Shown here piece after piece: positions 52,208-64,000 of a stretch of 64,000 bases of DNA. Made by a program: the position numbers and the translations under genes. This DNA is from Felis catus (taxonomy: Eukaryota). Each line of letters opens with the position of its first letter. Position 1 is the stretch's first letter. The stretch is taken from positions 155,870,001 to 155,934,000 of the forward strand of contig NC_058368.1 in NCBI RefSeq assembly GCF_018350175.1. The letters run 5' to 3'. Below the pieces are notes generated by a model. The model did not search any database. It was not told the DNA's origin and saw only the letters and a list, made by a program, of their open reading frames with translations.

Positions 52208-53801
52208 GGGTCACAATCACACTTCAAACCTCCAGTGGTGGTCATTTGCAGATCACTAATAAAAGCACGTTTTAAAAAAGATTCAAAAAATAATCACAGA
52301 ATTGGAAGGACATTTCACAATTCCAGTTTCTATTTTAATAGTGGTTATATACTGTACAACACACATCAGGCTGTATAAAGCCCTGAAACAATTCTAAACA
52401 TAACAACGTCCCTTCCCTTTTCAAATGATTCCTTACACAATCAATATTTTGGAGTTGACTTCTTCAACTCATGAATCCTAGTGCGATTTAATCAGTGAGC
52501 CAACAAAAGTGCCAGTTCTGAATAAGAACCATTCAGAAGAAAAAGCAAAAAATGAAGTGCAGATTAAACTCAAATAAATTCATTGGAGGGGGATAGAAAT
52601 TCATCTGACAAGGTATTCAACTGGAGAGGGAGGACCTAAACAAAGAAAATGGATTTTAAAGAAATGATAACAACAGATATGGAAATAATATAATTCAGTA
52701 GTAATGCAATATAATAAAAATATAATTCAATACACTAATAATTCAACATAATTCAATAATATAATTCACACTTGTACCAAAAGAAAAATTAACAGTTACC
52801 AATCAAAATGATATACCATATTATAACAAAGATATGTTCTTAAAATACCATAATTTTGTTTATATTTTAAAGGTACAGGGAAACTATTTAAGGACTTTTG
52901 TAAAAAGAAAAAAAAATTAATTTTATGGAGTAAATAATTGGCCCTTAATTTATATATTTTAATTTTTAGATCTACCTAATATTGACATGCCTTTAAAACT
53001 GGACTGGAAATACATGGAAAAAATATATGGAAACATACATGGAAAAATGCCTGAAGTATTCACTTACTAACAATAAACCAAAAACTAAAGTTTTGTAACA
53101 GAATGTAAAGCATAGAGAAAACAACCCCATCCAAATGTGTTGCAGAAATTCAAAACAAGTCTTAGGCAGTAAGACATCTTAATAAGTAAGACAACCAATA
53201 GATCTGTAATTTTGTAGGTGAATATGTGTTGAAAGTTAAAACTACAAGAGACATAAATGACTATTGCTTTAAATATTGTACTATAGTTGCTATTAGGCCA
53301 ACACTTAGAGAAAACAAAGGGTGGTGGGGCTCTGAGAAAAATACATTTTAATGTTTATAGTCGAAGGCTCTCTAAAGAAGAAAAACTTTTCTTATTTTTA
53401 GAATAATCTTTACTAAAATGTGTTACTTTGTTTTGCTAAGATTTTGATTTTTTCCATCTTTCATAATAAAATTCACTGTTTAATTAAATAAAGTTGACAT
53501 TCTAAGACATGAAATATTTCTACTATGAAACATTTCTCAATCACTAATTACTATTCCTGAAATATTTTCCTCAAATACTGTACTCTTGTAAGTACCTCAT
53601 GAAATTTAGCTCTTTGTATTTTCTATTACAGTCATCTATGTACAACTCATATCACCTCTCAGAGGATAAGGACTATGTCTTTCTCATCTTGGCATTTCTG
53701 ACATATTATGGACTCATAACTGTTGTCTTAAATAGGGCTTGATAATAAAATAATCAAAGCCTAAAAAAGCAGATAACATCCCCTTAAAATAGAGAAAGTA
53801 A

Positions 53802-53984
53802 GGGGCATTGCGGCGGCTCAGTAGGTTAAGCAACTGACTTTGGCACAGGTTGTGATCTCAGGGCTCATGAGTTTGAGCGCCACATGGGGGCTCTGTGTTG
53901 ATAGCTCAGAGCCTGGAGCTTGCCTGAGATTCTGTCTCCCCCTCTCTCTCTGCCCCTCCCCCTCTCTCTGTCCCTCCCCTGCTT

Positions 53985-54028
<44 letters not shown>

Positions 54029-54049
54029 AAATAAACATTTAAAAAAATT
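53802..54049 (+). mobile_element. Can-SINE
   Basis: TSD gagaaagtaag; long (CT)n. Confidence 0.92.
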
Positions 54050-55827
54050 GGAGAAAGTAAGAATGATTAATGCAAAAATGAGTCCTTCATTTTTGAAACT
54101 GTATTTATGCAATTTAGTAAACAAGTAATATTAAATTATACTCTTACAAATGAGGCCTATTAGCTAATTTAGATTAATTATTTAAATAACAAAAATTGAT
54201 GCCATTAGAGGATATGGTAGGATTTGGATGATGTTTATAGTCAAGGTCTTACTCAGAAAGAAGCAATACATGGTAGGGACAACAGCCATATAGAAACCTA
54301 GGGTTTACATAATATTTGAAATCAGAGTCTCATTCAGAAGGAAGCAATACACTCTAAAAACAATAGCCATAAGGAACCACAGTATCACTTCATTATTGGG
54401 TCGAGAAAGAGGCAGAACTTTCTATCTTTTCCTATGTGTAAGACTAATTTTAGGATTTCAGAATCTTCTGAAATGCATGGTAGACCAGTAAACTTTAGGG
54501 ATACACAAACAGAGCTCCATGCGGAATGTAAAGGATATATTATCTTTTAACAGGCTTATGGCTCAATGAAGTACAAGACTGCTCAAATGAGAAACTTCTC
54601 AATGAAGAAGGCAAATAGTAGAAAAGAAAAGACATCCCTTTCGAATATCACTGCAACTTTTCCCATTAGGTCAATATGTAAACAATCTTAGATGTTTTAT
54701 GTATACACAACATGTGACAGATTTTGAAAAACTAGCTCATAAATGCAAAAGTAAAGAACCACAAGGTTTAAAACCACATGAAACCATATATAAACATTCA
54801 GTGTAACAAATTCTGACATTTCAACTCTAATTTCTCCATTCCAAGCACTTGATTTCACAATGCCAGGTAACTGGAAGGAGAGTGGAAAAATCATAGACTA
54901 AAAAGAGTGAAGAAATGAGGATGCTGTTCCTTCCACACCCTAAGCATCTCCAGCTAAAATTCCAAATGCCAAAGTCAGCTTCAGGGGTGGAGAACTAATA
55001 GCAAATAACTACATTCAGAATGTAAAGCCCTCTGCTTCGTCTCAACAATCTATGATGTTTTAGGCATTATATGTAGGGCAGACAGAATATCAATGTTTTC
55101 CAAAGTTCACCATATAATAAATTACTGAACAAAATCAATTGAATAATACATATCATATAAGCTATCCACATGTAAATTCTCCATTTTAATTTTAATGAGG
55201 TACAGCAAAATATAAATACCGCATAGGTAACTGCTTGGTGTCAAAACAAGGGACACACTCAACTCAAAGTCCTCTAAATCAGAGAAGTGAGTGTCCTCTG
55301 TGAGATAGGACAAACTATCAGACAACAGAAGAGTATGATTGCAAAAGCATTCATTAATGACTACAGAATCAAAAATGTTGAAAAACTGAACTCTTCCTGA
55401 GATCAGGAACAAGGCAGGAATGCCCATTTTCACCATTAACTGTACTAAGATAAATACATGTGGATAGTGTATATAAAATGCAGCATTTGATTGGCTTTGC
55501 CCATTTATTTATGAACACCCATTTTTACCATTAAGTGAACTGAGAGAAGTAAATGTGGATAAGGTAAATAAAATGTGGTAAGTGGCTGGCTCTGTTCACA
55601 AGTTTATTATAAAGTGGGCTTTGGACACACTGATAATCTGCCTGCACTACACATAACGCGTAAGTCAGTATACATTGCTATGGAGGACAAAAAGGCAAAG
55701 TGATTGGAAGAAAGAAGTAAAACGATCTAATTGTATTTTATGTAACTCTTTACATGGAAAATCCCAGAGAAAGTATAAAACAACTACTATTGTTCACAAA
55801 TAAATTTAAGAAGGTGAAAGAATATAA

Positions 55828-56039
55828 TTTTTTTTTCAACATTTATTTATTTTTGGGACAGAGAGAGACAGAGCATGAACGGGGGAGGGGCAGAGAGAGA
55901 GGGAGACACAGCATCGGAAACAGGCTCCAGGCTCTGAGCCATCAGCCCAGAGCCTGACGCAGGGCTCGAACTCACGGACCGCGAGATCGTGACCTGGCTG
56001 AAGTCGGACGTTTAACCGACTGCGCCACCCAGGCGCCCC
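55828..56039 (-). mobile_element. Very young SINEC_Fc-type SINE
   Basis: Perfect 20-bp TSD aagaaggtgaaagaatataa; intact CpGs (gactgcgccacccaggcgcccc). Confidence 0.97.
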
Positions 56040-56250
56040 AAGAAGGTGAAAGAATATAAAGCAAATGTATAAATTGAACATATTCATATAAATATAGGTA
56101 TATACATATCAAGAACAATCAGAAAATATGGAAAAAATCATTTCAGTAGTGCCAAAAACATAAAATTTCCAAAAAAAAAAAAAAAAACAAACCTAAAAGA
56201 AGATATCCAAGAATGCTACATTAAAAACCACTTTGTTGGGCGGGGGAACA

Positions 56251-56437
56251 GGGGAGCCTGGGTGGCTCAGTCAGTTAAGTGTCTAACTCTTGATTTTGGC
56301 TCAGGTCATGGTCTCACCATAGTGAGATCCAGCCCAACATCAGGCTCAGCACTGGGCATGGAGCCTTCTTAATATTCTCTCTCCTCTCTCCCTCTGCCCA
56401 CACATGTGTGCTGTCTCACTCTCTCTAAAAAATAAAC
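56251..56437 (+). mobile_element. Can-SINE (older)
   Basis: Head and tail; flanking actttgttg repeat. Confidence 0.88.
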
Positions 56438-56774
56438 TTCAACTTTGTTGAAAAATATTAAAATCTGAATAAACAAAAAGAAATATCACATTTAGGGATT
56501 AGAAAACTCACTATTTTAAGATAACACTCCTCCCCAAATTGATTTATAAATTCAACATAATCCCAATCAGATCATAGGAGGCTCTTCTGTAGATATGGGC
56601 AAGTTAATTCTAAAATTCATATAGAAAAGCAGAAGACCTAGAAGAAACAAAACAATTTCATAGCAGAACAAAGTGGAAGATGTACTCTACCTAATTTAAA
56701 AAATTACCACAAAGCTATAATAATCAAAACAGTTTGGTATTGATTAAAAAAAAAAAAAAGAAGAAAAAAAAAGA

Positions 56775-57003
56775 GGGCCGCCTGGGTGGCTCAGTCAGTT
56801 AAGCATCTGACTTCAGCTCAGGTCATGATCTCAGAGTTCATGGGTTCGAGCCCCATGTCAGGCTCTGTGTTGACAGCTCAGAGCCCAGAGCCTGCTTCAG
56901 ATTCTGTGCCTCCCTCTCTCTGTGCCCCTCCCCTACTCACACACTCTCATGCTCTCTCTCAAAAATAAATAAATAAATAAACACTTAAAAATTTTTAAAA
57001 AAA
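56775..57003 (+). mobile_element. Can-SINE (SINEC_Fc-like)
   Basis: Head after an A tract, CT tract, tail. Confidence 0.92.
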
Positions 57004-57025
57004 GATACATCACAGAAACAGACTC

Positions 57026-58579
57026 AGGACTTCAAGCTAAATTACAAAGCTATAGTCTTGAAGACAGTACAGGACTGTCACAAAAACAGACACACAGATC
57101 AAAAGAACAAAATAGACAACCCAGAAATGGACCCACAACTATACGGTCAACTAACCTTCAACAAAGCAGAAAAGAATATCCAATGGAAAAAGTCTCTTCA
57201 ACAATGGTGCTGGAAAAACTGGACAGTAACATGCAGATGAATGAAACTGGACCACTTTCTTATACCATACACTAAAATAAATTTAAAATGGATGAAAGAA
57301 CTAAATGTGAGATAGGAAACCAACAAAATCCTGGAGGAAAACACAGGCAGCAACCTCTTTGGCACTGGCCCAGAGCAACTTCTTACCAAACACTTTGCCA
57401 AAGACAAGGGGAAAAAAAGCTACTGGGACTTCATCAAGATAAAAAGCTTCTCCACAGCAAAAGAAACAATCAACAAAACTAAAAGGCAGTCTACAGAATG
57501 GGAGAAGGTATTTGCAAATGATGTATCAGATAAAGGTTTGGATCCAAGATCTATAAAGAACTTCTCAAACTCAACATCCAAAAAACAAGTAATCCAGTGA
57601 AGAAATGGGCAGAAGACATGAATAGACATTTCTCCAAAGAAGACATCCAGATAGATGACAGACACAAGATGCTCAACATCACTCATCATCAGGGAAATAC
57701 AAATCAAAACCACACTGAGATATCACCTCACAACCATCAGAATGGCTAAAATTAACAATACAAGAAATAACAGGTGCTGGCGAGGATGGGGAGAAAGAGG
57801 AACTCTCTTGCACTGTTGGTGGGAATGCAAACTGGTGCAGCCACTCTGGAAAACAGCACAGATGTTCCTCAAAAAGTTAAATACAAAACTACCCTACAAC
57901 CTAGCAACTGCAGTATTATTTACCTGAAGGATAAAAAAATACAGATTCAAAGGGGTACGTGTACCATGATGTTTATAGCAACATTATCAACAATAGCCAA
58001 ACTATGCAAAGAGCCCAAATGTCCAGTGACTGATGAATGGATTATCACATGGTATACATATACATATGGTAATGTGTATACATAAATAAATACATATATA
58101 AGTATATATAGTGTAGACATACACACACATACACACAATGGAATATTACTCAGCCACCAACAGGAATGAAACTAAGCCTCATTTGCTTAACTTAACATCT
58201 ACATCTAACATCCATAATGTGGATGGAGTTAGAGTGTATTAGGCTAAGCAAAATAAGCCAGTCAGAGAATGACAAATATATGATTTCACTCATTGTGGAG
58301 TTTATGAAGCAAAACAGATGAACATATGGGAAGGGAAGGAAAAATTAGAGAGAGGGAAAGAGACCATAAGAGACTCTTTACTATAGAGAACAAACTGAGG
58401 GTTGATGGAGAGGAAGTAGAGTGGTGGGAATGGGCTAAATGGGTGATGGGTACTAAGGTGGGCGCTTGTCATGTTAACTACTGTGTATTATACGTAGGTG
58501 ATGAATCAGTAAATTCTACTCCTGAAAACAATATTATACTACATGTTAACTAACTAGAATTTAAATAAAAATTTGAAAA
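57026..58579 (+). mobile_element. 5'-truncated carnivore L1 (ORF2 C-terminus and 3'UTR)
   Basis: [20 protein letters not shown]...[20 protein letters not shown] cysteine-rich domain. Confidence 0.93.
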
Positions 58580-58656
58580 GAGAAAGACTTGTATCCAAAT
58601 TATACAAAGAACTCTTACCACTCAATAATAACAACCCAATTTAAAAGTAGGCAAAA

Positions 58657-61567
58657 CAAACAAAGTCCAGAAAAAGATGGCTACTCAGGTGAATTCTACT
58701 AAATATTTAATACCTCTTCTTCTCAAACTATTCTAAACAATAGAAGAGGAAAGAAAACTTCCAAGTTTATTCCATAAGTTCAGTATTGCCGTGATACTAA
58801 AACTAAATGAAGGTACTACAAAAAAGAACTACAGGCCAATATCCCCTATGAACATAGATGTAAGAATCCTCAACAAAATATTAGTGAACCAAATCAAACA
58901 ATACATTAAAAAAAAAAATTCACAATGATCAAGTGGAATTTATTCCCGGAATGTAAGGGTGGTTCAATATTCACAAATCAATCAACATGATACATCATAT
59001 AAAAAGAGAAAGGATAAAATCCTTATGTTCATTTCAACAGATGCAGAAAAAGCATTTGACAAAATACAATATCCATTCATGATAAAAACCCTCAACAAAG
59101 TAGGTTTAGAGAAAACATACCTCAATATAATAAAGGCCACATATGAAAAACCCACAGCAAACATCACACTCAAGGGAATAAAACTGAGAGCTTTTCCCCT
59201 AAGGTCAGGAACAAGACAAGGATGTCCACTCTTACCATTTTTATTCAACACAGTACTGGAATCGAGCCACAGCAATTAGACAGCAAAAAGGAATAAAAGG
59301 CATCCAAACTGGCAAGGAAGAAGTAAGCTTCCACTATCTGCAGATGACATGATACTATATATAGAAAACCCTAAAGATTTCACCAAAAAACTACTAAATA
59401 AATGAATTCAATAAAGTCACAGGAAACAAAATCAATGTACAGAATTCCACTGCATTTCTATACACTAATAATGATGCAGTGAAAAGAGAAATTAAGAAAA
59501 CAACCCCATTTATAACTTCACCAAAAAGAATAAAATACCTGGGGATAAACTTAACCAATGAGGTGAAAAACCTGTACTCTGAAGACTCTAAAACACTAAT
59601 GAAAGAAACTGAACACAACACAAAAATATGGAAAGATGGGGGTGGAGAGGGAAAAAAAATATGGAAAAGATATTCCAAGCTCATGGACTGGAAGAATAAA
59701 TACTGTTAACATGTCCATACTACCCAAAGCAATCTATAGATTTAATGCAATCCCAATCAAAATGCCAACAGCATTTTTCACAGAACTAGAACAAAAAATC
59801 CTAAAATGTGTATGAAACCACAAAAGACCCAGAATAGCCAAAGCATCTTGAAAAAGAACAAAATGAGAGGTATCACAACACCAGATTTCAAGTTATACTA
59901 TAAAACTGTACTAATCAAAACAGTATGGTATTGGCACGAAAACAGACACAGATATCAATGGAAGAGAACAGAAAGCCCAGATATAAACCCACAACTATAT
60001 GGTCAATTAAATTAGACAAAGGAGGCAGGAGCATGCAATGGGAAAAAAGACAGTCTCTTCAATAAATGGTGCTGGGAAAACTGCACAGCTACATGCAAAA
60101 GGATGTAACCAGACCACTTTCCTACATCATACACAAAAAATAAACTCAAAATGGATTAAGGACATAAATGTGAGGCCTGGAACCATAAAAATCCTAGAAG
60201 AGAGCACAGGTAGGAATTTCTCTAAAATCAGCTATAGCAACATCTTTCTAGAAATGTTTCCTGAGGCAAGGGAAACAAAAGCAAAAATTAACTATTGGGA
60301 ATACATCAAAATAAAAAGATTCCACAACGAAAAGGAAACAATCAATAAAATGAAAAGACAAGCTACTGAATGGGAGAAGATACTTGCAAATAATATATCC
60401 TATAAAGGGTTAGTATTCAAAATATATATAAAGAATTTTCACAATTAAATACCCCAAAACCAAACTATCGAATTTAAAAGAGACAGTTCTCCAAAGACAT
60501 CCAAATGGCCAGTACACACATGAAAAGATGCTCAACATCACTCATCATCAAGGAAATGTGAATCAAAACTACAATCAGATATCACGTCACACCTGTCAGA
60601 ATAGCTAAAATCAAAATCATAAAAAACAAGTTTTGGCAAAGATGTGGAGAGAAAGAAACCCTCATGCACTGTTGGTAGGAATGCAAACTGGTGCAACCAC
60701 TCTGGAAAACAGTATGGAGGTTCCCAAAAAAATTAAAAATAGAACTACCCTATGATCCAGTAATGCACTACTGGGTATTTACTCAAAAAATACAAAGACA
60801 ATAATTCAAAAAGATATATGCACCCCTATGCTTATAGCAGCATTATTTACAATAGACAAATTATGGAAACAGCCCAAGTGACCACTGATAGATGAACAGA
60901 TAAAAAAGATGTGGTATATATACACACAAGAGTATTATTCAGCTATAATAAAGAATGAAATCTTGCCATTTGCCAACAACATGCATGGAGCTAGAGAGCA
61001 TAATACTAAGTGAAATAAGCCGGTCAGAGAAAGGCAAATACCATATGATTTCACTCATATGTGGACTTTAACAATCAAAATAAATGAACAAAGGAACGCT
61101 AAAGAGACAGACCAAAAAAACATACTCTTAAACTGTACAGAACAAACTGATGGTTAGCAGAGGGGAGGTGGGGGGAGGGGGAGGGGTGAAATAAGTGAAG
61201 GGGAATGAGTACACCTATCTTGATTAGCACCAAGTAATGTATGGAATTGTTGAATCACTATATTGTACACCCAAGCCATTATAACACTGTATGTTAACTA
61301 TACTGAAATTAAAAAATAAATTAAGGGGCACCTGCATGGTTCAGTCGGTTAAGGGTCTAACTTCGGCTCAGGTCATGATCTCTTATTCATGAGTTTGAGC
61401 TCCACATTGGGCTCTGTGCTAACAGCTCAGAGCCTGGAGCCTGCTTCAGATTCTGTGTCTCCTTCTTTCTCTGCCCCTCCACCCCTCCCCCCAAAAATAA
61501 ATAAACATTAAAAAATTTTTTAAATAATAAAAAATAAAAAATAAATTAATTAAATTGATTTCAAAAG
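58657..61567 (+). mobile_element. 5'-truncated carnivore L1 (RT domain to 3' end)
   Basis: [17 protein letters not shown] and ADDMI RT motifs with disruptions; TSD aaaagtaggcaaaa (58643-58656, 61568-61581). Confidence 0.95.
61325..61538 (+). mobile_element. Can-SINE inserted in the L1 A-rich tail
   Basis: TSD-like aaaaataaattaa on both sides. Confidence 0.92.
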
Positions 61568-62594
61568 AAAAGTAGGCAAAAGATTTAAATAGCTACCTCT
61601 CCAAAGAAACATACAAATGACCACTGAAAAAGGGCATGAGAAAACATTTGCAGGTGATAGAAATATTCACTATTTTGAGTGTGATGATAGTTTCATGGAT
61701 GTGTGCTAAAACACATCAAATTATAAACTTTAAACATGAAAATTTTATTGTACTTCAATTGTATCTTAATAAGGTTACAACAGATAAAAGTGAGGAGATT
61801 TTTAAATGTTCAAAATGGTAATTGGTATTATTTATTCTCTTTTTCCAAAATGTTTTCATGTTATGGTAGTACTCACTCTATGGAAAATGATGTATCATGT
61901 ACATAGAAAAACTATGATAAATATATAAACTACTCCTTGAGAGGGGATTATTTTATTACATAACAGCCAAACCTTATTGTTTATTCCAAGAGAGATCAGT
62001 AAATACACACAACTACAAAAACAAATATCACAAGTGTTTAGCTTTGAGTGTAATTATAAGTGCTATTAAGGAATTTATAAGACTATAAACCAAAAAAAAT
62101 AGCTCTAAATACTGAAATTTCAAGCAGTCATAGACTTTATTAATACATTGAAAATAATCAGATTTCTAATCTTATTACTCCAGGCATTTGAGCAATGTTT
62201 ACACACATGAAGAGGGCAAAAAGAAACAAGCTGATCTTCAGCAAGCATCTAATAACTGCTTTAGATATAGAGGGCTTGGGAGTAGATATCAACATGTGGT
62301 ATTTCACAAAGATTATAAAAGCTCTAAGATCAGTGACCTTTATTAAATCAGCAGAACTATAGTTTCCTACCATTTTTCTTTCATTTACTTAATACAAATT
62401 TATTAACTGCCTCAAACATATCAGATTTGTATTTGACAGAAATGATGCAAAAGGTAGTAGAGCATATGACTAAAACAACTGATACTAGAGCTGGAATGCT
62501 TCTGTTTACATTTTACCTCTACCATCTTTTCTATGTATTTCCAAGGGCAAGTTACTTAACCTCCAGTTCTGCAGTAAAATGTTAATAGCAGGCT

Positions 62595-62907
62595 TAGGAT
62601 GTTCAAACTGTGTATAAAGAAAGGGCTGGCCCTTGACTAGCTTCTGGAAAATAACCAATAAGGCCTTGGAATATCATGCGTGATAAAAGTGTCTCTGCAC
62701 ACACAAAGCCATGGGCCATGTTATACAGTTTATACTAACCATGTAAGATTTATGATGAGTGTATGCTTTTATCTACCTGAGTCCTGCAGCAAGCTCTATC
62801 AGTTTGATCTCTGTGGGGGCTGGAAACTGAGTACTTGTCAATGATGGGGGCACTCCCTGCCTAGGTGACTGACACCCCCAGTCGTGCATGCACACACGTG
62901 CGTGCGT

Positions 62908-62961
<54 letters not shown>

Positions 62962-63255
62962 CCTGGACTCCAAAGTCACAGGGGAGCTTTCCTGGTTGGT
63001 AAGACTTTGCACTTGATGTCACACACTGGTATTGGGAGATTAAGCACTTTCCATATGACTGTACTGACATAAAAGTGAAAGCTAGTACCTGGTCTCTCCT
63101 GTACTTCTGCCCTACATGCTTCTTCCCTTCACTGATTTTAATCTGTATCCTTCCACTGCAATAAAATAAAACCGCGGATATAACAGCTTTTCTGAGTTCT
63201 GAGAGTTCTTCCAGCAAATCGTCAAACCTGAGGGTTCTGAAGGATCCTCAACACA
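62595..63255 (+). mobile_element. ERVL-class solo LTR (MER21/68/77 group) with internal (CA)n at 62913-62960
   Basis: ccttggaatatcatgcgtgataa, aataaa and ctgagttct...aacctgagg...aacaca end. Confidence 0.7.
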
Positions 63256-64000
63256 GTAACATTGTTTCCACATCTAAAAAATGTATTTAATATTAGCACT
63301 TACTTAAAGAATAGGTGTGGGGATCAAAAGAATTAAGGTATGTTAGGTGCTTACAATAATGCCCAACATATAATGTTTGCTGTTTCTCATGCCGTTATAA
63401 AAATAAGTGGACCTAATAATTGAATGGCTCGGTCTAGTGACAGAGGACATTAAATAATTAAATTGCAAGTGCTAAAAAATATGCATGATACAGCAGAGGA
63501 ACAAAGAACATCATCGTTTCCTTCTTCCTATCCCCAACACTACAGTCTTCATTTCTCATTTCCTAAGTGAACTGTTGAGTGTATCCTCATGAGAGTGTCT
63601 GTAATCCTTGCAGGCTTCCCTGACATAGTATCTAGCAGCACCACCACAACTAATGCCTGGTCCAATATTCCTTTAACTTAACTCCACACTCTTAGAATCC
63701 ATTCCCACACATACTCCCCTCATTTCTGTAGATACAAATGAACAAAAACTATCAAGTTATTTTTGGGGTATATCATACTTCCTCCTGGTTTAAATCGTAT
63801 GCCTTACCCTCTGGGGCCTGTGTGGACTCAAGTCTGATCATAGGTCTAGAAGCAATGAAATGTGGTCAGAATAAGAAGAGGAACAGCAGTCTGTTGCAGG
63901 CAACTACTTCAGGGGATATTACAGGGTCTTTAGGGCAGCGGGGACAGACATTCCGGGAAGGAGGAGAAGGGCTACAAAGAAGGTTTAACAGAATTTAGAG

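Larger units (their letters stand above)
55685..56745 (+). mobile_element. Old L1 ORF2 remnant hosting SINEs; probably continues at 58580-58656 and 61568-61770
   Basis: tacatggaaaatcccagaga and cccaaattgatttataaattcaac remnants. Confidence 0.7.

Noticed and set aside
54231..55610. CRISPR-like repeat-spacer array
   Set aside because: Only two diverged units per repeat, no unique spacers, no cas genes, mammalian context.
13495..58700. The 5'-half L1 ends at almost the same ORF2 position where the L1 at 58657 begins, suggesting one element split by 45 kb
   Set aside because: The 58657 element has its own 14-bp TSD, so it is an independent insertion, and the interval holds colinear FAM172A exons.
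58959..60448. RT-like ORFs as an active or novel reverse transcriptase system
   Set aside because: Ordinary L1 ORF2 fragments with frameshifts and stops, 5'-truncated.

Overview
AT-rich mammalian genomic DNA from a carnivore, almost certainly a felid (many SINEC_Fc-type Can-SINEs and an L1_Fc-type 3' end). The window lies inside the 5' part of FAM172A (ARB2A) on the minus strand. Three coding exons with canonical AG/GT ends splice in frame (36390-36495, 24178-24279, 19298-19398) and encode the first 103 residues, MSISLSSLILLPIWISMAQ...QKRYEALGE. None of them appears in the ORF track. No CpG island or first exon is visible, and I did not find the next coding exon. The rest is intron: 29 Can-SINEs, several nested L1s, a decayed ERV-L provirus, MaLR/ERVL solo LTRs, a Tigger-type DNA transposon, L2 remnants and microsatellites. 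I found no evidence of a wholly new biological system. The best second-look items are a SINE with an apparent 3' transduction, a weak/strong dual start codon, two 44-nt candidate poison exons, fold-back duplications inside L1s and two old tandem duplications. Gene and repeat names come from recall, not a database search, and repeat boundaries without TSDs are approximate.
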